A stretch of DNA of 64,000 nt from Chiloscyllium plagiosum. Lineage: Eukaryota. The stretch covers positions 4,177,937 to 4,241,936 of the forward strand of contig NC_057754.1 of the NCBI RefSeq assembly GCF_004010195.1. Direction: 5' to 3'. Of this stretch, positions 12,780 to 25,904 are shown piece by piece (position 1 is the stretch's first letter; each line of letters opens with the position of its first letter). A model generated the notes under the pieces. That model saw only the letters and a list, made by a program, of their open reading frames with translations. It was not told where the DNA came from and made no database searches. The position numbers and the translations under genes were made by a program.

Positions 12780-13680
12780 CCAGCAACCAGCCTCCCTGCC
12801 GATAGATGGCAGTGGCTTCTCGCCGAGGAGCGCGGGTGGGGGGGCAAAAGCGTAACATCTTGAGCCGTGGCCCCGCCTTATCCTCTCGCCCCGCCCAACC
12901 CCGCACACGGACACCGCTGAATAAAGACGGATCAGGTCGGCCCGCCTCCTTACCCAGTCCGACTCTCCGATTGGCCGGAACGGCCCGCCTCCTTACCAGG
13001 TCCGACCCTCCGGTTGGTCAGAACGGCCGTCCATCAATCGGTTAGTCGACGGGCCTCCTCGGTCGACGCATTTCCTGTTCTAAAAGTTCCTGCAAAGCTC
13101 CCAGAGAGAAAGAAACACAGCCTTTCCCCTACTGCTCTCCCCACCAAAACAAACAAAACAAAACCATCCCGGACGCGGAATGAGATGAAATAAATACTTT
13201 TAAAACGTGCAAGTGAACCCAGCCCACAAGCGACGCACCACCCTGTCCCTCCGAACGCCACTGGGCGACTGGCGGCCGGGCACCCGCGAGCGCGAGCCAA
13301 CAACCTCCTGGAACCTTCCAGAGTCCGGTGACCGTTACTATTAAAGCGAGGCTGCATTGGCCGTTTTATTTTCAAAATAAATTAAAAAATAAAACACGTC
13401 TACGGGGGCCAAACAACTGTCAAGAAAAAAAAAAGAACCACTACGTTTTCTCTTCACCGTTTTTACCCCTTTCCCTGGTTAGAAACTGGACCCATTGAGG
13501 AGCCTGGCGCGGAGCGAGCTTGGAGCGGTGAGTGTCTTCTTTCGCTTTCAAATTAGGTTTGATGTTTTTCCTTCAAAAAACTATGTAGTTAAGTGCGTTT
13601 GAAATCCTGGTAACCACCCGTTTTCGGTTTCCAGGTAACTCATGTCGCGTTTGTTTTGATGAAAACCGAAAGAACTGCGG
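12780..13680. promoter_or_regulatory. CpG-island promoter of BRMS1 with GC boxes and CCAAT boxes
   Basis: High CpG density against a CpG-depleted background; CCCCGCC near 12871 and 12889; ATTGG at 12970-12974; lies upstream of donor GTGAGT at 13528. Confidence 0.75.
13440..13527 (+). other. BRMS1: BRMS1 non-coding exon 1 (5' boundary uncertain)
   Basis: Strong donor CG|GTGAGT at 13528 within the CpG island; next acceptor at 18313 lies 4 nt before the ATG. Confidence 0.55.
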
Positions 13681-13922
13681 ATGCTGCAAATCGAGTTTAC
13701 CTTGTTTTTGGTGCATACACATCCAGTCGTTTTCAAATTTATTTTGTATTTCTTTCAGTTCGCTTTTTTAAAATCTGGAATTGCCATTCTTGTGTTTTTT
13801 TTTTGAAAAAATTGAATAATTGCACTCTAAACTTAAAGCATCAGCTTTTTCTTTGGCAATGTGTTAATTCTTATTTTGAAAGTTTTGTGTGTTTATGTGA
13901 TGTTTGTTTGCATGTATTTAGA

Positions 13923-15140
13923 AGTTCACTTGGCGTTATTTTAATTTGTTTTTAAACTTTTAAAATGTTGACATTTGATTTTACACAAGTTTTACATTTA
14001 GAAAAGTCGTATATTTTAAGATAACAATATTGAATTTACTATTTATAAATTGTGTACACTTTACAATTTTCTTACCAATTTTTAAAAGTCTTGCTTCAGA
14101 TTATTAAGAATTACTGTGTTTGCAGCATGGTATCAGGCCATTCAGCCCATCGGGGACATACCCATGTTTATTCCCTAAAAAAGCCTTCTCCGCACCTTCA
14201 CCTTGTCTCTAAAACACATTCTTCTATTCTTTCTCCCTCATCCAGCTCCCCCTTTAAATTCATCCATTATGTTTGCCTCAATCTCATCTCACCGTAGCAA
14301 AGTTCACATTCTGACCGCTCTCTAGGAACAGAAATTTCTCTTTCCTTCCCCTGTTGAGTTTACCAGTTTTATATGTTGATGTGATGGATATTTTCTTTTT
14401 CAAAATTTATTTGAGTTCAAAAGTTCACTAGGTGTTATTTTACTTTGTTTTTAAATTTTTAAAATGTTTACATTTGATTTTACACACATTTTACATTTAG
14501 AAAAGTCATGTACTTTGAGATGACCATATTGAATTTCCTGTTTGTAAACTGTGTATATTTTCAAATTACCTTCCAATTTTTTAAAAGTCTTGCTTCAGAT
14601 TATTAAGAATTACTGGGTCTGTAGCGTGGCTCCAGACTGTTCAGCCCATTGAGGCCATAAAATAACCTTCTTCACTCCTCCTTTATCTCACCCCCAAAAA
14701 CACATTTTTCTATTCCTTTCTCCCTAATCCAACCCCCCCACTTTAAATTCATCCACGGGGGTGGTAAGGTGGCACAGTGGTTAGCATTGCTGCCTCACAG
14801 CACCAGGGTCCCAGGTTTGATTCCAGCCTCAGGCAGCCATCTGTGTGGAGTTTGCACATTCTCCCCGTGTCTGCGTGGATTTCTTCTGGGTACTCTGGTT
14901 ACCTCCCACAGTCCAAAGATGTGCAGGTCAGGTGAATTGGCCATGGTAAATTGCCCATAGTGTTAGGTGCATTAGTCAGAGGGAAGTGGGCCTGGGTGGG
15001 TTACTCTTCGGAGGGTTGATGTGGACTGGTTGGGCCGAAGGGCCTGTTTCCACATTGTAGGGAATCTAATCTAATCACTATATTTGCCTCAACCACATCT
15101 TGCAGTAGCAAATTTCATATTCTCATCACACTCTGGATGA
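13923..15140. repeat. Diverged tandem duplication with about 500-bp period; second copy interrupted by a SINE
   Basis: 13923-14330 aligns to 14422-14755 plus 15077-15140, e.g. shared aaaagtcttgcttcagattattaagaattact. Confidence 0.8.
14757..15076 (+). mobile_element. HE1-like SINE, full length
   Basis: ggtggcacagtggttagca...gaagggcctgtttccacattgtagggaatctaatctaatc. Confidence 0.85.
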
Positions 15141-16959
15141 AAAGGCTTCTTATCCTTGTTGAACTTAGTAGTAACTATTTTGCCTTGATCAACCCTGATT
15201 CTGGTCTCACCTGCAACTGAAAACACATGGATAAAGCCTTTCCAAATCCTAAGCACCTCATTGAGGTTGTCCCTTAGGCTTGCTCCTCATTTCCTGATGG
15301 GCATAGTTCCTCCATTCTGGTATAATTGTAAAATATTTAATTTTCCAATCAACTTTGAAATGTACATTATGTTCAAAATTTTTCCCTTTAAAACATATTG
15401 AAAAAGCAGATGTACATCCCTGAATCAGCTCATGTCATTTTACAATATTTCATAGATGCACAAATAGGAATAGTTTGAAGGGATATGGGCCAGGAACAGG
15501 CAAGTGGGATTGGTTTAGTTTGGGATTATGTTTGGCATGGACAGATTGGACTGAAGAGTCTGTTTCCATGCTGTTTGACTCTAAGCATTTTTATAATGCA
15601 AGTTAGGCATTTAAAATTAATTTATTTTTTCCCATTTAAAATTCCAGTTTTTTTCTTTTAAGTAGTTTGATTTTACATGCATTACAAGAGTTTTACTCTG
15701 CTCTTACAGGAGGCCATTTGGCCCATTGTACATCTACTGGGTCTCTAAGACTAATGCACCCAGTGCTGCTCCTTTACCTTCTCCCATAGCTTTGTTCATC
15801 CTTTTTGATTAATAATCATATTCTCTCTTGAGAATAAACCTACCTCCACTACATTTTCAGGCAGTGTAGTCCAAATCTTTAACCACTTGCTGTGTGAAAA
15901 ATGTCTCCTCCTGCCACCGTTTCATTTTTTTGTTAGTTACCTCAAACTGTACCTGATCCTTCCACTCATTGGGATCTTCAATTTAGGCTATTTAATTATA
16001 AATCCATTTCAATTCTCAGTTGAACTGACATAAACTGCTTTCAATTTTACATCAGTTATTTTAATTCAGAATGTTTCCTTTCGTCAAACAAAATCATGTT
16101 GCAGCTTTATAGCAAATATTGCTTTTAAACTGAGTTCTGACTTCTGACAATATGGAAGTTGTACCGGGATTTCAATATTCCATAATGGTGCTTGGGTAAA
16201 GATTACAAGCTTAAGCTGTGAAGGACATCCTTCACATTGTGTCTTCTGTTGGGACAGAAATTTGTAATCAGACACTATTAATTCATAGCAGTGGAATTGT
16301 AACATTTGTAACTGGGGATAGGGTGGCATAATGGTAATGTCACTGAACTAGTAAATTGGAAGTTCAGGGTTATGCTTTGCAGATATGGGTTCAGATCTTA
16401 CTCAGGCAGTAATAGTGATGATGAAACAACAAACAATTGTCATAAAAAGCTGCCTGATCTCCTGACGTTGTTTAGGGAGGGAAATCCACCATCCTAAACC
16501 AATTTGACCTTCTTGCAGCCTACACCAACAGCAATGTGGATAACTCCTAACGCGTCTCTGAAATGGCCTAACAAACCATCTTTTAAAAGGTGAATAGGGA
16601 AGGATAACAAATGCTGACCCTGCAAATGATGACTGCATCTCACTAAATAATAAAGTTATGCAGGTCTGACTATAGTTGTAAATTCTATACTTCCAAATGT
16701 GTGGAAGTATTTCAATTCATTGCAAAATTAACATACCAGGACTGGAGGATACAGATCTGTCACTGTATGGCACTGGCATACAGCGCTGCTGGGTACAATA
16801 TTTGGAAGCAGAGGACAAGTTACACATGTGTTATTATATAACTGTATAATCATACTGGTTGGACCCAGACTGTCATTGTGCAGTTATTTTAACTACCTGT
16901 TTGGACATGTTATGACATCTCTGGGGCAGATGGGACTTGAACCTGGACCTACTGGCCAG

Positions 16960-17172
16960 GGTCAGGAGTCACAGGACACCAGGTTATAGTCCAACAGGTT
17001 TATTTGAAATCACAAGCTTTTGGAGCACTACCCCTTTATCAGGTGCACACTTCACCTGATGAAGCGGCAGTGCTCCAAAAGCTTGAGATTTCAAATAAAC
17101 CTGTTGGACTATAACTTGGTATCATGTGATCTCTGATCTTGTCCACGCCAGTCCAACACCAGCACCTCTACA
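16960..17172 (+). mobile_element. Fold-back PLE-terminus mini-element with 11-bp TSD
   Basis: Inverted arms 16975-17045 and 17053-17123; TSD cta(c/t)tggccag at 16949-16959 and 17173-17183. Confidence 0.7.
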
Positions 17173-17229
17173 CTATTGGCCAGAGGTAGAGGCACTACCA
17201 CTGTGCAACAAGATCCTTCTCTCATATTG

Positions 17230-18270
17230 TGTAAACCTAAGATTCAGTATTAGTGAGCATAGATTTGTTTTGTACAACTGTTTGGTGCAAGTGCTTATGG
17301 ATCGGTTCTGTGTGACTGGTGTAGAGTATTGATGGATGTTTGCTCTGTATAATGGGTATAGTGCTCAAAGTTTGGGAGAAGATTCATCTTCTGGCTGCTG
17401 GGTGCAGATTCATCCTTGTATGATCTGGGGTCGTAATACTGGTGGATACAAGTCTGTTCCTGTGCAGTGCTGGTTATGGTGGTTGGTGGAAATAGGCCTA
17501 GAGGGTGGAGATCATGGTGCTGGTGAATGCAAGTCTATTGCTGCATGATGGGGTATATGCTGCTGGTGAATACTAGTTTATCCCTGTGTTATGGGGTCAC
17601 AGTATTGGTGAGTGCAGCAATGTTTCTGTACAATGGTATTGGTGCTGATGGTGCAGGTCCCTCCCTGTGTGAGGGGATCGCATTGCTTATGAGTGCAGGC
17701 CTGCCCTATGTGATGGGCATCACATTCTGGTAGATACAGCTCTGTCTCATTACCATGAGGGTACGAACACAGTGCTGGTGAGTACAGGTCTATCCCATTT
17801 TGTGTGTGGCTACATTGACCTCTTCAGAAAACTCAGATCTTTGCAGGATTGAGAACTAAAATCCATTTTCTTCCACTTAAGAATCTAATGATAATAACAC
17901 TTTGAACCTCCATCTTATTGAGTACAGGTATTTCTATATAACAGATGTACATCTTTTGTATTGTGGGTGCACATTTGTATTGTATGACCTAGTGGGCACA
18001 CATTTGTTCCAGTATGACTGGTGGTGGTGGTGGGGCAGGGGGAAGAGTGCAGTGCTGATGGGCATGTACATGCTCAATATAACTGGGTTGGGTAGTCATG
18101 GTGCTGGTGTGTACAAGTCTATCACTATATTATAAGTGGTTACAATGCAGGTGGGAACAGGTCTGTCATTGCATTACACTAGGTGCAGTATAGGTGGATA
18201 CAGACTGCCATTGTATATTGTTGGAGTATGTTTGTTTTCTATATCTAATGTATGGATACAAATGTATTGA
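17230..18270. repeat. Highly degenerate minisatellite of about 42 bp in BRMS1 intron 1
   Basis: Recurrent gctggtg(a/g)(a/g)t(a/g)ca(a/g)gtct...tgtg.tgatgggg units. Confidence 0.55.
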
Positions 18271-18317
18271 TTTTATTTTGACCTTGCAATGATAATTGCA
18301 CTTTATTTTGAAGGACA

Positions 18318-18468
18318 ATGCCTGGGCAGCAGCCACAGAAAGACAAAGAAAAGGAAGAGGAGAAGGCTGATGAGGAAATGGAGCAGGATTCTCCAGAGAA
18401 TGAGGAGAGCTCGGATGAGGAGAGCGGCAGTACTTCTGCATCTGAGGAGGAGGGCGAAGACAGCTCAG
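18318..18468 (+). CDS. BRMS1: BRMS1 coding exon 1 (acidic N-terminus)
   Basis: Acceptor AG 18312-18313, ATG 18318; MPGQQPQKDKEKEEEKADEEMEQDSPENEESSDEESGSTSASEEEGEDSS; donor GT 18469. Confidence 0.9.
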
Positions 18469-18571
18469 GTTGGCAAAAGATCTGATTTCAGCCACTTTTT
18501 TAAGTACCTTTATTTGAATGTGTGTGGGCGTACACATGTTCAAGATTTTGAATTTCACTATGTATTGTGAA

Positions 18572-19100
18572 TAGAGTCATAGAGATATACAGCATGGAAA
18601 CAGACCCTTCGGTCCAACCCGTTCACGCCGACCAGACATCCCAACCCAATCTAGTCCCACATGCCAGCACCCAGCCCATATCCCTCCAAACCCTTCCTAT
18701 TCATATACCCATCCAAATGCCTCTTAAATGTTGCAATTGTACCAGCCNNNNNNNNNNNNNNNNNNNNNNNNNNNNNNNNNNNNNNNNNNNNNNNNNNNNN
18801 NNNNNNNNNNNNNNNNNNNNNNNNNNNNNNNNNNNNNNNNNNNNNNNGATAGGAAGGAGACCAGAATTGCACGCAATATTCCAACAGTAGCCTAACCAAT
18901 GTCCTGTACAGCCGCAACATGACCTCCCAACTCCTGTACTCAATACTCTGACCAATAAAGGAAAGCATACCAAACGCCGCCTTCACTATTCTATCTACGT
19001 GCGACTCCACTTTCAAGGAGCTAAGAGTCTGCACTCCAAGGTCTCTTTGTTCAGCAACACTCCCTGGGACCTTACCATTAAGTGTATAAATCCTGCTAAA
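18572..19100 (-). mobile_element. Young CR1/HER1-type LINE 3' part spanning a 100-N gap (18748-18847)
   Basis: ORF 18651-19139 contains EVMLRLYRTLVRLLLEYCVQFWSP; 3' end nearly identical to 31063-31218. Confidence 0.85.
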
Positions 19101-19900
19101 TAATGAACTATTACTGTTGAGGTTGCACAAATTCTGCATTCATACTATATGCTATTCTTTTAATTTACTCATTAATGAAAGGTTCAAATTCCAGATAATT
19201 TAATTCATTTAATGAAGCAGTTCAGAGTAAGAAGGGATTTGGATGGTCAGTAGTAGATATTTGAAGATAAAAGGGAAATTTGAATTGCAAGCTGTCACTA
19301 AAGGATATCAGAATGGACACTGTAATCAGGCTGAAGAGACTTTTGGATATGGTAGCATCTTTCCTACTGATGGAATTGTATGCCAGCTTTTTTCTTTCAC
19401 ACTCCTCTCATAGTCAGAACATTGTGTTTGAGCTCCACTTCAGGGGATGAACAAATTTGTGTTGACATTCCAATGTTATACGGAGGGAATGCAGTTCTTT
19501 CAGAAATTAGATGTTAAGCCAAGTCCCTGCTTTCCTGATATTAAAGTTCCATTGCTCCCTCAACCAAATCCATTCAAAACAGAATAACTGATGCTGCTGG
19601 CTCACAATTAGTGTAAATGTAACAGTAACTACATTAGTTCATTTTATTAAACATCTTGAGACTTTGAGAAGCTAGATACATGAAGGAGAAAGGGATAGAG
19701 TGGTAGTGCCTGATATGGTATGATGAAGTGAGGCAGGAGAGACTCTGATAACAAGCACTGACAAACCTTGATTCGGTTGTAAGTCACAAGTCTGTGCTGT
19801 AAATTCTGTGATTGCGGTAAGGTGATAAAATGAACAAATATAGGACTTTTATCTGGAGTTATTTGGATTGATCTGACCACATATATGTTCCTTTTTGCAG

Positions 19901-19991
19901 AAATGGACGATGAGGACTGTGAGCGGCGCCGCACAGCGTGTCTGGATGAAATGTCGGATTTGGAGAAGCAATTCACGGATCTGAAAGAACA
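19901..19991 (+). CDS. BRMS1: BRMS1 coding exon 2
   Basis: ttgcag|..|[37 protein letters not shown] (Sds3-like coiled coil). Confidence 0.95.
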
Positions 19992-20471
19992 GTATGCTGA
20001 TAGCCTCTTTTGAATATATTGCTCCGGTATTGTCCTCTCCTGAAGGTGCTGCTTCCTACTAAGCATGGGCTTCACAATGCTGTCTTGCTCATCACCCACG
20101 GGACTATTCTTGACTTGTGAGGCAAGGGTGCAACATGCGTGTGTAACAGTCACTGGATCACAATTTAAGATTGGAAAATCCCTTTAGATATTGGGTGTGG
20201 ACAAAGTCAGACTGGGCCCTGATGCTGCCCACAGTTGAATAGCCACCCAGCACTATCTAAGTTCCCACGCAAAGACTGGCCATTTGGTTGAGGTGCTGGA
20301 GGGTAGAACTCTCACCCCACCAAGAATCAGCATCTTTATGAAAGGAGGGTGAAAACCAGCAGAGATACTTGCTACAGTTTGAAAATTTGGTTGGTAAAAG
20401 TTGGGCAGAGGATTTACTCTGAGAAGGTAAATAGAAAATGGAGGATAAAACTGGCAGCTTCTCTTTTGCAG

Positions 20472-20599
20472 ACTGTACAAAGAGAGATTGAGTCAGGTTG
20501 AAGCCAAACTGGATGAGGTGATCGCAGGGAAAGCAACTGAGTACTTGGAGCCCCTGGCTGTCCTGCAGAAGAACATGAAAATCAGAACGGAGGTGGCAG
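20472..20599 (+). CDS. BRMS1: BRMS1 coding exon 3
   Basis: ttgcag|..|[48 protein letters not shown]. Confidence 0.95.
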
Positions 20600-21211
20600 G
20601 TAATGTTTGCATCACTGACATCCCCAAGCTGTTGGACATGGAAGTCAGCCGCTGTGGGAGAGGGAGGGTATTTTAGAACTATGCTTAGTTGACAAATATT
20701 CATTTTAATATCTGTGGAGACATGGCAGTGACAGATTGTGTAAGAGAGATTACAGAAGTACTCAGCACGGAACCATCTTGGAGCCAGAGTCTGTAACTGT
20801 ACCACAGCACTTGATAACAATTGAATGATCACTGCAGAGAGACATGTATCCAACAATTGTGACAACAGGAAGTTTGTGTTTCTAATGTATAGATATGATG
20901 GGAAAGTTGTGTTTGGGAGAGGTGCAAAGGTGAAGGATAGTGTAAGTATCATGCTGATTTCCACTGTGCCCTGAATTCAACCTATCCTCCAGTAAAGCCC
21001 AGTAAATTGCAACTACTTAAAGTGTGGACTGGAAGCTTTGCAGCATGTGGTGATGTTTATTTCAGGTGAAATGCTGCTGCTCAAGTTCGAGGCAGGGATG
21101 GATTGTATGCTATGAGATTAGCTATGTCAGATACTGATTTGGTGTTATTGTACATGCTGAAATTATCGCTCATTGGTAAGTTTGATCTTGTCCCAATTCT
21201 GCATCTGACAG

Positions 21212-21291
21212 GAGTATATAAAGATTTGTGTTTGGAAGTAATCAGAAACAGGTATGAGTGTGAACTGCAGGGAGCTCGACAACATCTGGAG
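21212..21291 (+). CDS. BRMS1: BRMS1 coding exon 4
   Basis: tgacag|..|GTAAGG; GVYKDLCLEVIRNRYECELQGARQHLE. Confidence 0.95.
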
Positions 21292-21854
21292 GTAAGGACA
21301 GGAGGGAAAGCGGGACAACAAAACTGAATCCTCTAATATTTTATTCTAATTTTGCCTTGTGATCATGAGAGCAGTTTGTCAAACTAATCCAAAATCTTGG
21401 GCACAGCTGAGAATTGCTTTGATAGTTTCTACTCTTCAATTGCCTTGCTGGAAAACAGTTCCACAAGTGCTTACTACTATCTGGTACATAAGCACTTTGC
21501 ATTTCTGATTTTTGTCATTCTTTAACAAACAGGAAATTCTAACAAAGTGCTTTAGAGAAGCACAATGGGTCAGGGCCATTGATTCAATGTACATGTACGC
21601 GAAGAAAGGACAGATACAGCAAAGATTCAGTAATTTTCAATGCCTGAAATCAACCCATTGCATCACCTTGTCTTGACACCCACATATTTTCACATGGGAT
21701 ATGGACCATCCAAAACATATGGTTCATATAATGTGTTAGTTCATTTGAGGCATATGTTCATATTTCTGTAAGCAGAAACATTTGGAGGTTGTTTGCAGAC
21801 AGTTTGCCTCTTAAAGGCTAATTTCTCCCCATTCTGTTTTGGTTGTGGGTTCAG

Positions 21855-21951
21855 AGTGAGAAGCTGTTACTGTTCGATAACATGCGGAATGAGCTATTGG
21901 AGCGAATTCAGCGATTGGAGGAGGACAAGCAAAGTATAGACATAACCTCTG
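21855..21951 (+). CDS. BRMS1: BRMS1 coding exon 5
   Basis: ttcag|..|GTAAGT; SEKLLLFDNMRNELLERIQRLEEDKQSIDITS. Confidence 0.95.
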
Positions 21952-22488
21952 GTAAGTATTCCGCAGCTTATTACTTCCTAGTCTACATGAATTTCTACTG
22001 CTATCCTGAAGATGTTGGTAGTTGTTGGGATATGGTTTCCATGTCCACTGAGCACCCTCTGGTACCTCACATATGTAAGAAACAGAGAAGACTGTGAAGC
22101 TGAACCCTAGGGACTGAATTCTGTGTAAGGTGGTAGAAACATTGTCACTTCAATCTTCATCAGGTGAATTAGAGCTAATCTTGTGGAAGTAACTAAAATA
22201 CTATCAGAAAGGGTGTTCTGAGTCACCACCAGTTCAACTCCAAACTTTGGGGTAGAAATGCAAAGACACAGACTTTTGACACATTACTGCAGCACTGTTA
22301 GAAACTGATATTAAGTTGAGGTTAAAATACAGAGCTAAAAGGGACACTTAACAGGTGGCAGAGCTGCAGGTTTCATGACGAATGAGTGAAATGGGTTGAA
22401 TGGCTGCTACCTTCAGCACTTACCTGTTGAACATACTGAGCTGATTTAGATAATTGCATTCAATTTAATAATTTTCTTTCTTTGTCAG

Positions 22489-22581
22489 AATGGTGGAATG
22501 AGGAGGTCCGTGGGAAACGGAACAAGAAGAAATGTGACACCTTTAAACCAGAAAAAAAGAAGAAGGCAGCGACTGTGTCTG
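22489..22581 (+). CDS. BRMS1: BRMS1 coding exon 6
   Basis: tgtcag|; EWWNEEVRGKRNKKKCDTFKPEKKKKAATVS; followed by U12 donor ATATCCTT. Confidence 0.92.
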
Positions 22582-23389
22582 ATATCCTTACATTTTATTT
22601 TAATGCCTATTGTTTGGTTACACCATGTTGCTACATAAGGATCATTTTATGATGTTTGATATATGTGCCAGAACCTTCCTGTCAATGAGCGTGTCTATAG
22701 GTTCAGGGTAGAGGTATGATTCCCTCTTGTGACCTACCCTCCCTGTGAATCTTGATACCATAAGGTGTGGTTGAGGCAAACACCATAGTGCCTTTAAAGG
22801 GAAACTAGATAAACATGAGGAATTAGTAATTAATGAGGTACAGAGAAGGCACAGCAGAATATGAAGGTTTTTTTGTGAAGCTTGAGCACCAGAGTGTGGT
22901 CCAGTTGATATGATTCTGTGTTGCACACTCCTATCTCATAGCATTGTTGTTTATATTTTGGAAAATTCCTGTATGCTATTTTTCTTTCTTCCCCTCACCA
23001 TTTCTCTCTCTTTCTCACTCTTGACTTTTCAGTCCTCTTAGTTTACTTCTCTGCCAGGTATCTATCCAGCTCCATGTTGTTGTCCCTCTCCATTGTGTCC
23101 CTTTAATCGATGCTGTTTTTTCTCTATCCACTGCATAATTGAAAACTTACTGTCCCCTGTAGCCACCTTCCTTACCATACAGTGAACTCTCACCAAACTG
23201 CTGTGATTATATTGAACATATTAAGTATGAGTTTAATGCCTGATACTTCTGTATTCTTACAGAGAGAAAGACTCTACCCAGTCTCACCTAGAAAGTGTTA
23301 CCATTTCATCTGGACAGTGAGGACAGATCAATTATTGGATAGCTTAGTATTAGAGGTACTCACGTGCCCAGGATTCACAATTTAACCAT

Positions 23390-25460
23390 GACTAAGACCA
23401 TAGAGAAGTACGCCATTCAGCCCATTGAGTCTGCTTCACTATGCATTGAGGTTATGGCTGATCTGATATTCCTGAACTTCACTTTCCTGGGCCTTTACCC
23501 ATAAATGTTGATTCCCTTACTAATTAAAAAAATTCCTCTATCTCAGTCTTGAATATATTTAACAGCACAGTGTTGACAGCTTTGCATGGTAAAGAATTCC
23601 ACAGATTCGCTACCCTCTGAGAGATTCCTCCTCATCTCTGACTTAAACGTGCAACCCCTTATTCTGTATTTATATCCTCTGGAACTTGACTCTCCCACAA
23701 GTGGTAATAACCTTCCTGCAACTATCTTGTCAAATCCTCTAAGAATCTTGTGCTGTATGTTTCAATAAAGTTGCCCCTCATTCTCCTAAATTCCAATGAA
23801 TACAGGCTTAACCTACCAACCTCTCCTCATAAGACATTCCCTCTGTATCTGGTATCAGTTTAGTGAACATTTTCTGGACTGCCTCCAATACCAGCGCATC
23901 TTTCTCTAGATAAGGGACCTAAAACTGTTCACAGAATTCCAGTTGTGGTCTGTATAGTTGTGGTAAATCCTCCCTAATTTTATATCCCTTACCCTTTGAA
24001 ATAGAGTCCAGTATTTCACATGCCTTCCCTATTACTACTGAGTTTGGATGCTAGCTTTTTATGATTCATGAACCAGGACCCAAATTCCTCTGCCCACTTG
24101 CTTAACCTTGTCTGTGCCCCATTACAAACTCTTTCATGTCATCCTAATCACCTGCCGTCCCACCTATTTTTCCATGATCAGCCAACTTTTCATAGAATCA
24201 TACAGCACGGAAACAGACCCTTCAGTCCAACCAGTCTGTGTCAAACATAATCCCAAACTAAACTAGTCCCATCTGCCTGCTCCTAGCCTGTATCTCTCAA
24301 ACCCTTACAATATTCATGTATTTATCTAAATGTCTTTAAAATGCAGTAATTGTGTCCACATCTGCCACTTCCTCCAGAAGTTCACCCCACAAGTGAGCCA
24401 CCCTCAGTGTAAAAAAGAAAATTGCCCCTCATGTTTTTAAAATCTCTCACCTTAAAAATGTGCTCCTGAGTGTTGAACCCCCTCACCCTAGGGAAAAGGC
24501 ACCTACCATTAAGCCTATCTATACCACTCATGATTTTATCAACTTCCTACGCTTCAGTGAAAATAGTTCCAGCCTTTCTTTACTCTCAAACCTTCCATAC
24601 CCAGCAACATCCTGATAAAACTTTTCTGATCCCTCTCCAGCTTAAAGTTCATTCCTAAAACAGGGCGATCAGAACTGGACACAGTATTCCAGAAGAGGAT
24701 GCACCATTGTCATGTAAAACCTCAACATGGCATCTCAATTCCTATACTCAAAGGTCTGAATAATGAAGACAAATGTGCTAAATGCCTTTTTAACCATCCC
24801 ATCTATATGTGAAGCAAACTTCAAAGAATTATGTGCCTGAACCCCTAGGTCTTTTTGCTCTACAACACTGCCCAAGGCCCTACCATTTCCTTTAGCACAT
24901 GCACTTTCCTGATCTAAGTTGTTAATATATTTTATAAATAATTGTGACCTGAGCACTGATCCATGTGGCACTTCACTACTTAGATTTCCAATCACAAAAT
25001 ACCCTGCATATCCCAACTCTTGTCTATTAGCTAGCCAGTCTTCTATTTATGCTAATATACCACCCCCAATGCCATGGGATCTTAAGTAGCCTATTGGCCA
25101 GTACTCTATGAAATGACTTTTACATCCACCACTTCCTCCTTTATCTCCTTAAAGAATTCTAGTAAATTTCTTGAGCATAATTTACCCTTCATAAAGCTAT
25201 GCTGACGGTTTGATTATATTATGTATTTCTAAATTCTCTGTCATTTCATCCTTTATGACATTCCTTAATGTTTTCCCAGTGTCAGATGGTAAGCTGTCTG
25301 GCCTGGAGTTACCTGAGTTTTTTTTTGTTTCACATTGTTAAATAAAAGTGTAACAGTTTTCCAATCCTCTGGGACTTTTCTAGGATCCAAGGATTCCTGG
25401 AAAATTACTTCCATCGCTATCTTTGTTGCTATTTCCTGTATGCAAGATGCATCCAATCAG
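23390..25460 (-). mobile_element. Nested CR1-type LINE fragments
   Basis: RT remnants (VPHGSVLRSQLFIKYINNLD; IFQESLDPRKVPEDWKTV); a younger copy at about 24190-24890 sits inside an older copy. Confidence 0.75.
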
Positions 25461-25606
25461 CTTCTGGGAACTTGGCAATCTTTAGCCCTGTTAGTTTTTT
25501 TGTTTACTTCTGGGACATGGCGTTGCTGGCTGAAGCAGCATTTATTACCCATTCCTAGAAGCCCTTGAGAGGATTGTGGTGAACTGCCTTCTTGCACTGA
25601 TGCAGT

Positions 25607-25810
25607 CGGCACGGTGGCACAGTGGTTAGCACTGCTGCCTCACAGTGCCAGAGACCCGGGTTCAATTCCCGACTCAGGCGACTGACTGTGTGGAGTTTGC
25701 ACATTCTCCCCGTGTCTGCGTGGGTTTCCTCCGGGTGCTCCGGTGTGGACTTGTTGGGCCGAAGGGCCTGTTTCCACACTGTAATGTAATGTAAATGTAA
25801 TGTAATGTAT
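25607..25810 (+). mobile_element. Young HE1-like SINE with internal deletion and (TGTAA)n tail
   Basis: CpG-intact head joined directly to the tail at ...gtgctccggtgtggacttgttgggcc. Confidence 0.85.
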
Positions 25811-25904
25811 TCAGTCCATTTGCTGTAGGTAGACTCTCATTGCCACCACAGGGGGAATTTCAGTACTTTGACCCAGTGACAGTGAAGTCAGGATAAAAAG
25901 TCAT

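Noticed and set aside
18289..18570. Arg/Lys-rich protamine-like ORF
   Set aside because: Alternative frame of the acidic BRMS1 exon 18318-18468
19647..20964. Minus-strand ORFs of 168 and 235 aa
   Set aside because: Antisense shadows of BRMS1 exons with no recognisable protein features
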